Source of the DNA: Prochlorococcus sp. AG-679-M23
Lineage (GTDB): Bacteria; Cyanobacteriota; Cyanobacteriia; PCC-6307; Cyanobiaceae
DNA length: 64,000 nucleotides
Assembly: GCA_003208875.1 (NCBI GenBank)
Contig: QCUR01000001.1
Coordinates: forward strand, 32,001 to 96,000
Reading direction: 5' to 3'
The notes under the pieces are model-generated. The model had not been told where the DNA came from and made no database searches. It saw nothing but the letters and a program-made list of their open reading frames with translations. The position numbers and the translations under genes are program-made. Positions 7,088-19,330 of this stretch are shown in pieces (position 1 is the stretch's first letter; each line of letters opens with the position of its first letter).

Positions 7088-8890
7088 TTAGTAGTTAGCT
7101 CCACTCTTACGGTGATGAACGGCAGTTAGACTATCGGATTTTAATATATTCCCGTGCAAAACCTCAGCATATATTACCCAATGATCTCCGCATTCCATTC
7201 TTTCTTTTACAGAGGCATCCAACCACGCTAATGACTTAGGAATTATTACTTGATCATTAGGTGTGAATTCAATATCTAAACCTTCAAATCGATCTTCCCC
7301 TGGTGAGAAAGGTTTTGTAAACCTTTTTAAAGGTTCCCTGAAATCTTTTTCGCAAAGAATATTTAAGGCGAAAGAGTCCCCTTTTTGAAGAAGTGATTCT
7401 ACTGATCTATCTTTTGCTACTGAAATACTCAATCCAGGAGGAGAAAAACTTGCTTGGCTTACCCAAGATGCAAGCATAGCTCCTTTTACATTATTTTCAT
7501 CTTTTCCTTTTGATGCAGTTAGAACACACAGTGAACCAAGTACTCTTCCTAAAGCTTGCAATGTTGGATCAGTTTTACTGGATATCATTCCGGTATCTGA
7601 TTTTCTGATATTTTGTTTTGCTTTTTTTAAAATTTTTCTCCCAAAATGAGTACCAATTTCTTCTAGTTCTTTAATCTTTGGTTTATTAGGACTAAATTTT
7701 ATTCTTATTGGATCAAAACTAAATTTAAATCCACCATCTTTTAATTTTGTCTCAAGCAAATCTATTGCTTCTCCGCTCCATCCAAAACTACCGAAGATGC
7801 CTACTGGTTTATCTCTATTACCCTCTGATAACAAAGTTCCTAGAGCACTTACTATTGGAGTTGGGGCATGTCCCCCTAAAGTAGGTGATCCGATTAGATA
7901 TCCATCAGCTTTTTGAATAGATTTTATAAGTTCATCATTAGATGTAAATTCACAATTAATACTTTCAACTTCTACTGAAGTTCTATTTACACCTTTCGCT
8001 AATGCATCACCTATTGAGGCTGTATTGCCATAAGCACTAGCGTATATCAAGACGATTTTAGGATTGTTTGTTGAAAGATTTTCTCCCCATCTAATGTAGT
8101 CATTTAAAAAGCTTTTTAAGCTGTACTCAATTGCTGGACCGTGCAGTGGAGCAATAGTTTTAATGTCTAATTCAGAAATTTTTTCAGATATTGATACGAT
8201 TTGATTAGACATTGGTGCCATAAGACAATCATAAAAATGTTTTCTATCAATTTCTGTACTCATTCTGTTGCTTTCTGACCATTCTTCAGAGGCTAAATGT
8301 GCAGAAAATATTTTTTCACTTAAAAGAATTTCTTGATTCTCTTCATATATGATTAATCCACCCGGCCACCGGGCAGTTGGTACAGGAATTAGTTTTAATG
8401 CAATATTTTCTAGTTCTAGATAAAGTTCTTTTCTTACGATGTTAATTTCAGGTAATTCTCGCTCAATAAAAGTTTTTGAATTTGGATTTTTTTGATTCCA
8501 AAGTTCACTAATAAGCTTAAAACCAGGATTCGAACATGTGAGAGTTAAGTTACTGAATTGGACACTGATTGACTTTATAGTTTCAATAATTTTAGGATTT
8601 ACATGACCAGTAATTATGTTAATTTTGTTGAATTTGAACTCATCATGAAAATTTGAAATTACTTCATTAATTAATTTTGAATATTCTTTTTCAGGTGGAT
8701 GAACAATGAAAAAATCATTATTACTTATGATTAAAAAGGTATTAAATGAAGTTCCTTTCTCAAGATTAAATTCGAGCTCAAACCTTTCTTTGTTTTGATC
8801 AAGAAATCTGATGCAAATAAAATTTTCAGTTATTTCATATATCGATAAGTTTTTATTTTCTAAAAGTGAACTTGTATTAATTACTGACAT
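7088..8890 (-). CDS. flv1: Flavodiiron (diflavin) flavoprotein, Flv1-type
   Basis: Beta-lactamase-like, flavodoxin (YASAYGNT) and flavin reductase domains; non-canonical di-iron ligands. Confidence 0.85.
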   Translation of the reverse strand: MSVINTSSLLENKNLSIYEITENFICIRFLDQNKERFELEFNLEKGTSFNTFLIISNNDFFIVHPPEKEYSKLINEVISNFHDEFKFNKINIITGHVNPKIIETIKSISVQFSNLTLTCSNPGFKLISELWNQKNPNSKTFIERELPEINIVRKELYLELENIALKLIPVPTARWPGGLIIYEENQEILLSEKIFSAHLASEEWSESNRMSTEIDRKHFYDCLMAPMSNQIVSISEKISELDIKTIAPLHGPAIEYSLKSFLNDYIRWGENLSTNNPKIVLIYASAYGNTASIGDALAKGVNRTSVEVESINCEFTSNDELIKSIQKADGYLIGSPTLGGHAPTPIVSALGTLLSEGNRDKPVGIFGSFGWSGEAIDLLETKLKDGGFKFSFDPIRIKFSPNKPKIKELEEIGTHFGRKILKKAKQNIRKSDTGMISSKTDPTLQALGRVLGSLCVLTASKGKDENNVKGAMLASWVSQASFSPPGLSISVAKDRSVESLLQKGDSFALNILCEKDFREPLKRFTKPFSPGEDRFEGLDIEFTPNDQVIIPKSLAWLDASVKERMECGDHWVIYAEVLHGNILKSDSLTAVHHRKSGANY

Positions 8891-8907
8891 CTTTAAAGAT
8901 TTATTTT

Positions 8908-10683
8908 TTAGTAGTGATTAGCAACTTTCCTATGATGAACGGCTGTTTTACAGGATAAATCAGAAACGCTCCCATTTTTAACTATACCGTAAATAATCCA
9001 ATGATCTGGAGTTTCTAATCGTGAACTTACTTTACAATCTAAAAATGCGAGAGAATCAGAAAGTACTGGTCCACCATTTGCGATATTGTTCACTACATCT
9101 ACATCAGCAAATCTATCTGCTCCAGGTGCAAATCTTTTTAAAAAATGTCTAAACATTTTTTGATAGTTATCTTCTCGTAAGATATTAACTACAAAACCTT
9201 CTCCAACTTGCATATAAGATTCAATAGCTCTATCTTTTGCTACTGCAACTGTAATGCCTGGCGGACTGAAACTTGCCTGACTGACCCAGCTTGCTACCAT
9301 CGCGCTTTGTCTAAAAGTCGAACCTTCTCCCTGGCTAGCTGTAACTACATATAAACCCCCACTTAATCTCCCTAAAGCTTTATCCAGATTTGAATCAAGG
9401 CTTTTCATTGAAGCAATATTTTTCTTCTTATTAATTAATTGTCCCAAGTCGGTTCCAGCTTCTTCAAATTGTTGATAGATAATAGGATCTGGAATATTTT
9501 TAACTCTTAGAGGTGAAAAGGCTTCTTTTTGTCCTAATTCTCTCAACTTGCTTGCTAATGAGTCTATCGGTTCATCATTTCCTCCAAAAGCATCGTAAAC
9601 TGCCGTAAATTGTTTAGGCTTTAATGCGGCAAAAAGAGTGCCAAAAGACTCTTTTAATTCATTATCAGACTTAACTGGCCAGGTTGGGATTACTACGGCT
9701 TTAGATTCTGAAATTAAACCTGTTAATTCCTGAGAATCTGAAGATCTTAAATCAATTAATTGAACCTGTGCATCTGCCTTACTTATTCCGTGAGATATAG
9801 CTTGACTTAATCGATCACAATATCCATAATCACTGATGTAGCAAACAGATACAAATTCATTGCCTTTACTCTTGTTACTACTCCACTCTGAATACTTTTC
9901 TTTCCAAAAATTTACTTGATTGTGAAGTAATGGCCCATGACCCACAGCTATAGTTTTAAGTCTAGGTAACTTATCTATTCGTTTGATAGCTTGTAGAACA
10001 CTTCTTGCGTTCGGGCCCATAAGGCAATCGTAATAAAAACGAAAATCTTCATAAATTTCTTTTTGATCATTATCAAAAAATTCATCAGAGCAATAATGTA
10101 ATCCAAAAGCATCGCATGTGTATAAAACATTCGTACCGTGATCGTAGGAGAAAATGGTATCTGGCCAATGTAAATTTGGCGCACTTATAAATTCAATATT
10201 ATGATTTACTCCACTTGTGAGGTTAGTTCCAAGATCTAAATATTGTCCACTTTTTACTTCTAAACTTTTAAATGGAATATGTATTTGATCCTCAATAAAT
10301 TTAAGCGCTAATTTTGAACCAACTACTATTATTTGTGGATTAAGAGTTAAAAGGTTTCCAATTAAACCTGAGTGGTCTGGCTCTGTATGACTTGTAATTA
10401 AATAATCAATTTCTTTGGGATTTACTTCTCTAAGTAATTGCTCAAACCATAGTTTTTCAAATTTAGCGTGGCTTGTATCAATTATTGCTAGTTTTTGGCC
10501 CTTAATGATAAAACTATTATAAGTAGTTCCATTTCTTAATCCAAATTCAATATCAAATCTACTTCGATCCCAGTCAAGAGATCTAATTGCAATTGTGTCA
10601 TCTGCAAAAACTTTCTGTTGCACAGATAATTTTTGCTCAACTTTATTCATCTCTGAAGTACTTGTTTTTGCAGAAGTTATCAT
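8908..10683 (-). CDS. flv3: Flavodiiron (diflavin) flavoprotein, Flv3-type
   Basis: Canonical HTEPDH, HWPD, CDAFG, GHG ligands; ATG at 10683 preferred as start. Confidence 0.88.
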   Translation of the reverse strand: MITSAKTSTSEMNKVEQKLSVQQKVFADDTIAIRSLDWDRSRFDIEFGLRNGTTYNSFIIKGQKLAIIDTSHAKFEKLWFEQLLREVNPKEIDYLITSHTEPDHSGLIGNLLTLNPQIIVVGSKLALKFIEDQIHIPFKSLEVKSGQYLDLGTNLTSGVNHNIEFISAPNLHWPDTIFSYDHGTNVLYTCDAFGLHYCSDEFFDNDQKEIYEDFRFYYDCLMGPNARSVLQAIKRIDKLPRLKTIAVGHGPLLHNQVNFWKEKYSEWSSNKSKGNEFVSVCYISDYGYCDRLSQAISHGISKADAQVQLIDLRSSDSQELTGLISESKAVVIPTWPVKSDNELKESFGTLFAALKPKQFTAVYDAFGGNDEPIDSLASKLRELGQKEAFSPLRVKNIPDPIIYQQFEEAGTDLGQLINKKKNIASMKSLDSNLDKALGRLSGGLYVVTASQGEGSTFRQSAMVASWVSQASFSPPGITVAVAKDRAIESYMQVGEGFVVNILREDNYQKMFRHFLKRFAPGADRFADVDVVNNIANGGPVLSDSLAFLDCKVSSRLETPDHWIIYGIVKNGSVSDLSCKTAVHHRKVANHY

Positions 10684-10797
10684 ACTATTATTCTTTTGTA
10701 TTATGACTTTAGTTAAATACAATATAAATCCGCGTGAATCTAAGTGTGGAATTACCGAATTTGTTTTTTAATCACTTCATTATTGATACTGTTATAA

Positions 10798-13458
10798 ATG
10801 AAATCTCAAACTAAAAAAACTCCAATTACAGGTGATGAGATAAGAAAAGAATTTTTAAATTTTTACCATGAAAAATTACATAAAATTATTCCAAGTGCAT
10901 CTTTAATTCCTGATGATCCTACAGTTATGCTCACTATTGCTGGAATGCTGCCTTTTAAGCCAGTTTTTTTAGGATTGAAAGAAAGGCCATCAAAAAGAGC
11001 CACATCTAGTCAAAAGTGTATAAGAACAAACGATATTGAAAATGTTGGAGTTACTGCTCGACATCATACCTTCTTCGAGATGCTTGGTAATTTTTCTTTT
11101 GGAGATTATTTTAAGAAAGAGGCTATTGAGTGGGCTTGGGAATTAGTTACTGATATTTATGGACTTTCTGCTGAGAATATTATAGTGAGCGTGTTTCATG
11201 AAGATGATGATTCGGTAAAGATTTGGAAAGAAGATATCGGGATTCATCCACAAAGGATAATTAAGCTTGGAGAAAAAGATAATTTCTGGTCTTCAGGGAA
11301 AACAGGTCCTTGCGGACCATGTTCAGAATTATATTATGACTTTAAACCAGAAAAAGGTCTTCAGAATATTGATTTAGAAGATGGTGATCGGTTTATAGAA
11401 TTTTATAATCTTGTATTTATGCAATATAACCGTGACCCTGATGGTCAATTGACAGATTTGAAATACAAAAATATTGATACTGGAATGGGGCTTGAAAGAA
11501 TGGCTCAAATATTGCAAAAGAAGAAGAATAATTACGAAACAGATTTGATTTTTCCAATTATTCAAAAAGCTTCTGAGATCTCCAAAATTGATTATTATTC
11601 TTCAGATGAAAGAACTAAAATCTCTTTAAAAATTATTGGAGATCATATAAGAGCAGTTATACATTTAATTTCTGATGGGGTAGTAGCAAGTAATCTTGGA
11701 AGGGGATACATTTTAAGAAGACTGATTCGAAGAATGGTTAGACATGGAAGATTGTTAGGCTTAAAAAATGAATTTTCATCGAAACTTGCAAGTGTAGGTA
11801 TTAAATTAATGCAAGAGAATTATCCAGATTTAAAAAATAATTATGACCATATATTGAGTGAGATAAAAATTGAAGAAATAAGATTTAGAGAAACTCTTGA
11901 TAGAGGAGAGAAATTACTAGATGAATTGATTTCATCTGGTCAGAAAATGATTACTGGGTTTAAAGCATTTGAACTTTATGATACTTATGGCTTTCCATTA
12001 GAACTAACAGAAGAAATTGCTCAAGAAAACAATATTGGTGTTGATGTTAAGGGTTTTGAAAAAGAAATGTCTGCACAAAAAGAAAGGGCCAAAGCTGCTT
12101 CTCAAATCATTGATTTGACATTAGAGGGTTCATTAGAACGCGAAATAGACTTATTTGATAACACTCTTTTTAATGGTTATGATTCACTCGATTCAGATGC
12201 AGAAATTAAGGGTATATTTTTGGAGTCAACCTTGGTTAAGCAAGCAAGTGAAGGACAGAAAGTTTTAATTGTCCTTGATCAGACTTCTTTCTATGGAGAA
12301 TCTGGAGGTCAAGTTGGTGATATTGGAAAGATATTCTCGAATGATCTAGAAGTTTTAGTTGATAACGTCATACGCAAGAAAAACGTTTTTCTGCATTATG
12401 GAATAGTTAAAAAAGGAATATTAAGTCTGGGACAAAAAGTTAAAACTAAAGTAAATGATTTGGCTAGAGCTAAGGCTGCGGCAAATCATACTGCTACTCA
12501 TTTACTACAATCTGCTCTCAAAGTAGTTGTTAATAAAAGCGTTGGACAAAAAGGCTCATTAGTCGCATTTAATAAATTACGATTTGATTTCAATTCTTCT
12601 CAACCTATTACAAAAGATCAAATTTTCAAAGTTGAGACTTTAGTTAATTCTTGGATTTTAGAAAATCATTCTCTTGATATTAAAAACATGGCCAAAAGTG
12701 AGGCTCTCGAGAGAGGCGCAGTGGCTATGTTTGGAGAGAAATATGATGATGTAGTAAGAGTTGTTGATGTGCCATGTGTTTCGATGGAACTATGCGGTGG
12801 TACACATGTAAAAACAACATCTGAATTAGGTTGTTTTAAAATAATTAGTGAAGAAGGAATTTCAGCGGGCGTAAGAAGAATCGAAGCATTGTCAGGGCAA
12901 TCAGCCTTTGAATACTTTAGTGATAAAAATTCTCTCGTAAGTCAACTAAGTGATTTGTTAAAAGCAAATCCTAATCAACTCCTGGATAGGGTTAATTCTT
13001 TGCAATCAGAGTTGATTAATAAAAATAAAGAAATACAAAAAATGAAGGATGAAATTGCTTATTTTAAATACTCTTCGCTAGGTTCTTCTGCAAATAAAAT
13101 TGGATCTTTTTCGCTGATTATTAGTCAACTTGATGGACTAGATGGAAATTCTCTACAATCTGCAGCATTAGATTTAACTTCTAAATTGGGAGATAAGTCG
13201 GTTGTGATTCTTGGAGGAATACCAGATAAGGAAAATAGAAAATTGTTATTTGTTGTCTCTTTTGGGGAAGACTTAGTTAAAAGAGGTATGCATGCAGGGA
13301 AATTAATTAATGATATTTCACGTATTTGCTCTGGGGGCGGGGGAGGTAAACCTAACTTTGCACAGGCAGGTGCCAAAGATATTGATAAATTAAATGATGC
13401 TTTGGAATATGCAAGAAAAGATTTGAGGACAAAACTCCTTAGTTATTCTGATAAGTAA
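10798..13458 (+). CDS. alaS: Alanine--tRNA ligase
   Basis: [40 protein letters not shown] motifs. Confidence 0.98.
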   Translation: MKSQTKKTPITGDEIRKEFLNFYHEKLHKIIPSASLIPDDPTVMLTIAGMLPFKPVFLGLKERPSKRATSSQKCIRTNDIENVGVTARHHTFFEMLGNFSFGDYFKKEAIEWAWELVTDIYGLSAENIIVSVFHEDDDSVKIWKEDIGIHPQRIIKLGEKDNFWSSGKTGPCGPCSELYYDFKPEKGLQNIDLEDGDRFIEFYNLVFMQYNRDPDGQLTDLKYKNIDTGMGLERMAQILQKKKNNYETDLIFPIIQKASEISKIDYYSSDERTKISLKIIGDHIRAVIHLISDGVVASNLGRGYILRRLIRRMVRHGRLLGLKNEFSSKLASVGIKLMQENYPDLKNNYDHILSEIKIEEIRFRETLDRGEKLLDELISSGQKMITGFKAFELYDTYGFPLELTEEIAQENNIGVDVKGFEKEMSAQKERAKAASQIIDLTLEGSLEREIDLFDNTLFNGYDSLDSDAEIKGIFLESTLVKQASEGQKVLIVLDQTSFYGESGGQVGDIGKIFSNDLEVLVDNVIRKKNVFLHYGIVKKGILSLGQKVKTKVNDLARAKAAANHTATHLLQSALKVVVNKSVGQKGSLVAFNKLRFDFNSSQPITKDQIFKVETLVNSWILENHSLDIKNMAKSEALERGAVAMFGEKYDDVVRVVDVPCVSMELCGGTHVKTTSELGCFKIISEEGISAGVRRIEALSGQSAFEYFSDKNSLVSQLSDLLKANPNQLLDRVNSLQSELINKNKEIQKMKDEIAYFKYSSLGSSANKIGSFSLIISQLDGLDGNSLQSAALDLTSKLGDKSVVILGGIPDKENRKLLFVVSFGEDLVKRGMHAGKLINDISRICSGGGGGKPNFAQAGAKDIDKLNDALEYARKDLRTKLLSYSDK

Positions 13459-15389
13459 CTACTTTTTCTTAAACTGGTTTCTATTTGGTCAATTAACTTT
13501 CGTGCTTCTTGAATAGTCAAAGTTTTATTATTGATAGCAGATTCAGTATTGACTCTTATTGATTCAACTAAATCATCTGAACTGTAATCTAATAACTCTA
13601 AAATTTCTGATTTGCTATTTTCTTTAATAATGTTTTTAATCTTATAAGAATTATCATCATTTATATCAATATGAATAACATTTGTATTTCCAAATAAATT
13701 ATGGAAATTTCCTAATGCTTCTTGATATGCTCCTGCCATAAAGATTCCTATTAGATAATCATTATTTTTTTCTGGAGGATGTAAATTTAAAAGTGATTTG
13801 ATCTTTCCATTGTCAATAAAACTATTCAGCTTGCCATCAGAATCACAAGTTAAATCCGCAAAGTTTCCCTTACAAAAGGGCTCTTCTAAGTGTCTATGAA
13901 TTGGAATAATTGGAAAAACTTGATTAATTGCCCAGGTATCAGGAATAGATTTAAAAACTGATAAATTTGCGTAATATGTTGATGCAAGCGTGTCGGTTAT
14001 TTCAGATAAATCTGGATGGTTAATTTCATCACTCTCCAATTGATTTGCAATCTCTTTTGCACAAGCCCATGTAAGTTCTTCCGCATACGCACGTTCTTCT
14101 AAACAAATAAATCCCAATCTAAAAGCGACTAAGCAATCCTCTTTAAATTTTTTAGCGTCATTCCATAATTCTATTATTTCAGATAAATCTTCTTTTTTAT
14201 ATCTAAGATTTTTTAGCTGATTAAGGGTTTCTATCAGATTTGTGATGATTAATGATTGTTTTTTGTTATCGGATACTTTGACTTGGGAGTTGACATGGCT
14301 TGTCCCTAAAATATTGAAAATTAAAACTGAACAATGACTGATTATCGCTCTACCACTTTCTGAGATTATGATTGGATGTTGAATATTATTTACTTCACAT
14401 GAATCTTTTACTGTTGCAATAACGTCATTTGCGTAGTTTTGAAGAGAATAATTTGTCGAAGTATTGGAGGACGTTTTAGTTCCATCGAAGTCTATTCCTA
14501 AGCCGCCTCCAACATCTATATATTTCATTGGTGCGCCTAACTTAGATAATTCAACAAATATTTGACTAGCTTCTTGTAATGCATCTTTAATTACTTTTAT
14601 ATCACTGATTTGGCTTCCAACATGGAAATGCAGCAACTTCATTTCATTTATTAGATTTGCTTCTTTGAGCTCTTTTATTGTTAGCATTATTTCTGGAATT
14701 GATAATCCAAATTTGGAATTATCTCCCACTGATTTACCCCACCTTCCACTACTCTTACTTGATAATTTTGATCTAATTCCAAGTATGGGGGTTGCTTTGA
14801 GATTTTTTACAGCTTCTATAATTCTTTGAACTTCATCTCTTTGCTCAATTACTATAATTGGCTGTTTACCAAGTTTTCTCGCTAATATTGCGCTCTCAAT
14901 ATACTTTTTATCTTTATATCCATTACAAATTAAAAGTGATTTTTGATTTTCAAGGATTGATAATCCAATTAATAATTCTGATTTACTTCCTACTTCTAAA
15001 CCAAAATTCCAAGGATCCCCATATTCAATGATTTTTTCCAAGACATTTTTTTGCTGATTACATTTAATAGGAAAAACTCCTTGATAAATATTTTTGTAGT
15101 TATAAGTTTCTATAGCTTGGCAGAAGGCATTATTTAATTCCGTAATTCGGTCTTTTAAAATATCGTTGAATCTTATTATTAAGGGAGTATTGATTTCTCT
15201 ACTTTTAAATTCCTTAACAAGTTTAAAAAGATCGACTTTTTTTTTGGATTTTCTATTTGGGCTTATCGATATATTGCCATCTGAATTAATTGAAAAATAT
15301 TTTTCTCCCCATTGATCAATGCCATATGTAGAAATACTATCTTCTATAGTCCAATTTTTATTTAATTTTTTTGTATCAAAATCGGTCAA
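13443..15389 (-). CDS. speA: Biosynthetic arginine decarboxylase
   Basis: [30 protein letters not shown] motifs. Confidence 0.96.
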   Translation of the reverse strand: MTDFDTKKLNKNWTIEDSISTYGIDQWGEKYFSINSDGNISISPNRKSKKKVDLFKLVKEFKSREINTPLIIRFNDILKDRITELNNAFCQAIETYNYKNIYQGVFPIKCNQQKNVLEKIIEYGDPWNFGLEVGSKSELLIGLSILENQKSLLICNGYKDKKYIESAILARKLGKQPIIVIEQRDEVQRIIEAVKNLKATPILGIRSKLSSKSSGRWGKSVGDNSKFGLSIPEIMLTIKELKEANLINEMKLLHFHVGSQISDIKVIKDALQEASQIFVELSKLGAPMKYIDVGGGLGIDFDGTKTSSNTSTNYSLQNYANDVIATVKDSCEVNNIQHPIIISESGRAIISHCSVLIFNILGTSHVNSQVKVSDNKKQSLIITNLIETLNQLKNLRYKKEDLSEIIELWNDAKKFKEDCLVAFRLGFICLEERAYAEELTWACAKEIANQLESDEINHPDLSEITDTLASTYYANLSVFKSIPDTWAINQVFPIIPIHRHLEEPFCKGNFADLTCDSDGKLNSFIDNGKIKSLLNLHPPEKNNDYLIGIFMAGAYQEALGNFHNLFGNTNVIHIDINDDNSYKIKNIIKENSKSEILELLDYSSDDLVESIRVNTESAINNKTLTIQEARKLIDQIETSLRKSSYLSE

Positions 15390-15510
15390 TTTTAGTTTGG
15401 TGATTTATATAAGTTTTTGAAAATTACTCAAAACAATATCTTTTATTTTAATGATTACTTGCCAAGTTACCACCTAAAAGAAGAATATACATAGAGAGAT
15501 TACTAATTAA

Positions 15511-15969
15511 ATGATCAAAGAGAGAACGTTTCTTGCAATTAAACCAGATGGAGTTCAGAGAGGATATGTTTCGGAGATTATTGGAAGGTTTGAAAAAAAA
15601 GGCTTTAAATTGGTAGGTTTAAAACAATTAATTCCATCCAAGCAAATTGCTCAAGACCATTATGGGGTACATAGAGAGAGACCTTTCTTTAAGGATTTAG
15701 TCGACTTCATATCAAGTGGTCCTGTGGTTGCGATGATTTGGGAAGGAGAAGGGGTAATCCTAAGCGCAAGAAAACTAATTGGGGCTACAAAACCACTTGA
15801 GGCTGAACCTGGTACTATAAGAGGAGATTTAGCTATTGATATAGGTAGAAATATAATTCATGGTTCAGATGGAGAAGAAACTGCAAAATTTGAGATAAAT
15901 TTATGGTTTGATGAAGATGAAATATGCGATTGGGAAACTTCTGATTCTGAATGGCGATCAGAAAATTAA
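15511..15969 (+). CDS. ndk: Nucleoside diphosphate kinase
   Basis: [16 protein letters not shown]. Confidence 0.98.
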   Translation: MIKERTFLAIKPDGVQRGYVSEIIGRFEKKGFKLVGLKQLIPSKQIAQDHYGVHRERPFFKDLVDFISSGPVVAMIWEGEGVILSARKLIGATKPLEAEPGTIRGDLAIDIGRNIIHGSDGEETAKFEINLWFDEDEICDWETSDSEWRSEN

Positions 15970-15981
15970 AGAAATTTATAT

Positions 15982-17085
15982 TTAAAATCTATTGAAACTA
16001 AATTTTTTAAGGAAAGTAGTTTCAATATTGTTGAGGGTTTTTTCTTGAATTAATTTGAACATAATATCGCTTGTAATTGCTGAAAAGAGCACTCCATTTC
16101 TGTAATGTCCAGTAGCCACATAAAGGTTGACGATTTGAGTTTTTCCAATTATTGGCTTTAAGTCAGGTGTACAAGGCCTGAATCCCCACCAATGTTCCAT
16201 TTGTGGCCAGTTTAATGCTTCTGGTAATAAAGATTTAATACCCTCTTGAAGTTGATTTATGCCCTTTGGGGTATTTCCTTGATTAAATTCGGCCTTATCT
16301 TCAACGGTTGCTCCAACAACTATAAGACCATCGTCTCTAGGAACTAAGTAAGTATTAGGACCAAAAAGAACTCTTTTAATAGAATTTTCTGGACCTTGTA
16401 TTGACAGCATTTGTCCCTTGACAGGAAAGATTGGTAAATTATTTAAAACTTTTTTACTCCAAGCACCGCAGCATAAAATTACTTTTTCCCCAAAAATATT
16501 TTTTATTTCTCCAGTAGCGTTTAAAACTTTTGCACCAAGAATTTTATTCTTTTCTAAAATTAATTCTTTTACATCTGCTCCTTCTTGGAACTTGACCCCA
16601 TGCAAAGAACATGCACGCTCAAGAGCACGCATAAGTCTCCTTCTATTATCTATTTGGCCGTCTTGTTCAAAAAGTAATCCATGCTTCCAATTTGTATTGA
16701 TTCCACTGATTTCTTTCTTTAGGTTTTTCTGATTTAAATATTTTCCATATTTATAAGTTTTGAATTTTTTCAATTTTTTTAAATTTTCAAACGGTACTAT
16801 TATTCCACATTTTTTTAATCCACAATCAATGCCACTATCTTGTTCGATATTTTTAATCCATTCTGGAATTAAATTTTGACTGTGTTGCCCAAATATGAAT
16901 AATTCATCTGTCAGTCCCTCAGCATGGGTGGCTAGCATTCCTGCCGCAACGAATCCAGCAGATTCGCTTCTGTTTTTACTTAAAACTTCAACTTTAAATT
17001 TTTTACGTGCAAATTCATAAGCAATAGATAAACCTATTAATCCTCCACCAATAATTAAAATTGTATTTTTAGTTTCTGATTCCAT
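15982..17085 (-). CDS. thiO: Glycine oxidase (FAD-dependent)
   Basis: GGGLIG, AAGML, GFRP, GHYRNG motifs. Confidence 0.88.
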   Translation of the reverse strand: MESETKNTILIIGGGLIGLSIAYEFARKKFKVEVLSKNRSESAGFVAAGMLATHAEGLTDELFIFGQHSQNLIPEWIKNIEQDSGIDCGLKKCGIIVPFENLKKLKKFKTYKYGKYLNQKNLKKEISGINTNWKHGLLFEQDGQIDNRRRLMRALERACSLHGVKFQEGADVKELILEKNKILGAKVLNATGEIKNIFGEKVILCCGAWSKKVLNNLPIFPVKGQMLSIQGPENSIKRVLFGPNTYLVPRDDGLIVVGATVEDKAEFNQGNTPKGINQLQEGIKSLLPEALNWPQMEHWWGFRPCTPDLKPIIGKTQIVNLYVATGHYRNGVLFSAITSDIMFKLIQEKTLNNIETTFLKKFSFNRF

Positions 17086-17165
17086 TTAATTATTTTTATA
17101 ATTTAGATATGTTTTGATCCTCTTTTACCTTATATCCAATAAGATTAAGAGAGGAATATTTAATA

Positions 17166-18638
17166 ATGAAAAATTTTGAACCTTGGGAAGCTGTTATCGG
17201 TTTAGAAACCCATGTCCAGCTTAATACTAAAAGTAAAATATTTACATCGGCATCAACTGCTTTTGGTGATGAACCTAATACTCATATTGATCCTGTTGTT
17301 TGTGGTTTACCAGGAACTCTCCCTGTTTTAAATAAGACTGTTTTAGAGTATGCAGTAAAAACTTCTTTAGCTTTAAATTTAAATGTGGCAGAGCATTGTA
17401 AATTTGATAGAAAACAATACTTTTACCCTGATTTACCTAAAAACTATCAAATCTCTCAATTCGATCAACCTTTAGCAGAAAATGGCTGGTTAGAAGTTGA
17501 AATAGCAGAAAAAGATAAAAAAACTTACTTAAAAAAAATAGGTATAGAAAGACTTCATATGGAAGAAGATGCTGGTAAATTAGTTCATGTAGGAAGCGAT
17601 CGATTGGCTGGCTCTAAATATTCATTGGTTGATTACAACCGCGCAGGTATAGCACTTGTTGAGATCGTAAGTAAACCAGACATTAGGACAGGTAGAGAGG
17701 CATCAGAATATGCTTCAGAAATAAGAAGAACTGTTAGATACCTTGGTGTTTCAGATGGAAATATGCAGGAGGGTTCACTAAGGTGCGATGTAAACATTTC
17801 AGTTAGGAGAGGTCCTAATGCCCCTTTCGGGACCAAAGTTGAAATAAAGAATATGAATTCTTTCTCTGCTATTCAAAAGGCTTGTGAGTATGAAATAGAA
17901 AGACAAATTGATGCCTATGAGAATGGAGGTGAAATTTATCAAGAAACTAGACTATGGGACGAAGCTAAGCAATTAACAAAAAGTATGAGATTAAAGGAGG
18001 GAAGTAGTGATTATAGATATTTCCCAGATCCTGATCTTGGCCCGATTGAAATATCAAAAGAACAAAAAGATCAATGGCTTAATGAATTGCCTGAATTACC
18101 TTCTAAGAAAAGACAAAAATATGTCAAAGAATTAGGCTTATCTCCATATGATTCAAGGGTTATTTCGGATGAAGTCTTTATGGCAAACTTCTTTGAAGAG
18201 ACCGTGGCAAACGGTGCCGATCCTAAACTTGCATCAAATTGGATAACAAGTGATATTGTTGGTTATTTGAAATCAAATAAACAAAGTTTTGCTGACTTAA
18301 AGCTAAGCCCTATTAACCTTGCAGAGATGATTAATATGATTTCTAAGAAAGTTATTAGTGGAAAAATAGCAAAAGAAATCTTACCAGAATTAATTCAAGA
18401 TAATATTTCTCCACAAAAGATAGTTGAAGAAAAAGGCTTGGCTATGATATCTGATTCTGCAAGTATTTTGGTAATTATTGAAGAACTTATTATTGAATAT
18501 CCTAAAGAAGTTAAATCTTTTAAAGAGGGAAAAACTAAACTACTTGGTTTTTTCGTAGGACAGCTTATGAAAAAAACTAAAGGTAAAGCAGATCCCAAAC
18601 TTGCTAATAAACTCATTTCTGAAAAACTAAATAGTTAA
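17166..18638 (+). CDS. gatB: Asp/Glu-tRNA amidotransferase subunit B
   Basis: IGLETHVQL, YFYPDLPK, DYRYFPDPD. Confidence 0.98.
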   Translation: MKNFEPWEAVIGLETHVQLNTKSKIFTSASTAFGDEPNTHIDPVVCGLPGTLPVLNKTVLEYAVKTSLALNLNVAEHCKFDRKQYFYPDLPKNYQISQFDQPLAENGWLEVEIAEKDKKTYLKKIGIERLHMEEDAGKLVHVGSDRLAGSKYSLVDYNRAGIALVEIVSKPDIRTGREASEYASEIRRTVRYLGVSDGNMQEGSLRCDVNISVRRGPNAPFGTKVEIKNMNSFSAIQKACEYEIERQIDAYENGGEIYQETRLWDEAKQLTKSMRLKEGSSDYRYFPDPDLGPIEISKEQKDQWLNELPELPSKKRQKYVKELGLSPYDSRVISDEVFMANFFEETVANGADPKLASNWITSDIVGYLKSNKQSFADLKLSPINLAEMINMISKKVISGKIAKEILPELIQDNISPQKIVEEKGLAMISDSASILVIIEELIIEYPKEVKSFKEGKTKLLGFFVGQLMKKTKGKADPKLANKLISEKLNS

Positions 18639-18641
18639 TTT

Positions 18642-19256
18642 CTAGACAAGTTTTTTTATTGTATTTATCCATACTTTTTTATCATCTGAATTATCTAATA
18701 TTACATCAGAAAATTTAGATTTATCTTCAAAATTTAATTGAAGATTTATAATTTTCTCAGCCTCACCATCACTGATTTTATTTCTTTTCATAAGTCTTTT
18801 TTTTTGGATATCTTTTGGACATTTTACTAACCATATTTCAGTACAAAGATCCGTAAATTTTGCTTCAAATAGCAATGGGATAACTAAAAGTATAATTTTA
18901 TTTTTATCAAATTGATTACATTCTTCTATCATTTCTTCCTTTATTAATGGATGGAGAAGATTTTCAATCCATGATCTATGTATAGAATTTTCAAAAATAA
19001 TTTTTTTTAATAATGCTCTGTTTATTTCATTTCCTGAAGAATGCTGATCAACTATTTGAGGTCCAAAATAAGCGACAACTTTTTTATAGCAATTACTTTT
19101 CGGCTTGATTAGATCTTTTGAATATTGATCTGCATCCAATATTGGAATGTCTATATATTTTTTTATGTATTTGGCTATAGTAGATTTTCCACTTGCAATG
19201 CCTCCAGTAAGACCTATTCTTCGTTGTTTATTGTTTAATTTTGGGTGGATGCTCAT
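18642..19256 (-). CDS. coaE: Dephospho-CoA kinase
   Basis: GLTGGIASGKST, DAD, IPLLFE. Confidence 0.95.
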   Translation of the reverse strand: MSIHPKLNNKQRRIGLTGGIASGKSTIAKYIKKYIDIPILDADQYSKDLIKPKSNCYKKVVAYFGPQIVDQHSSGNEINRALLKKIIFENSIHRSWIENLLHPLIKEEMIEECNQFDKNKIILLVIPLLFEAKFTDLCTEIWLVKCPKDIQKKRLMKRNKISDGEAEKIINLQLNFEDKSKFSDVILDNSDDKKVWINTIKKLV

Positions 19257-19330
19257 AAATTTAATAAGAATCTATATTGCAGTGTTTTAATAGAAAGAAT
19301 AGTTATTATGAATTTAATTTATAAAAAAGA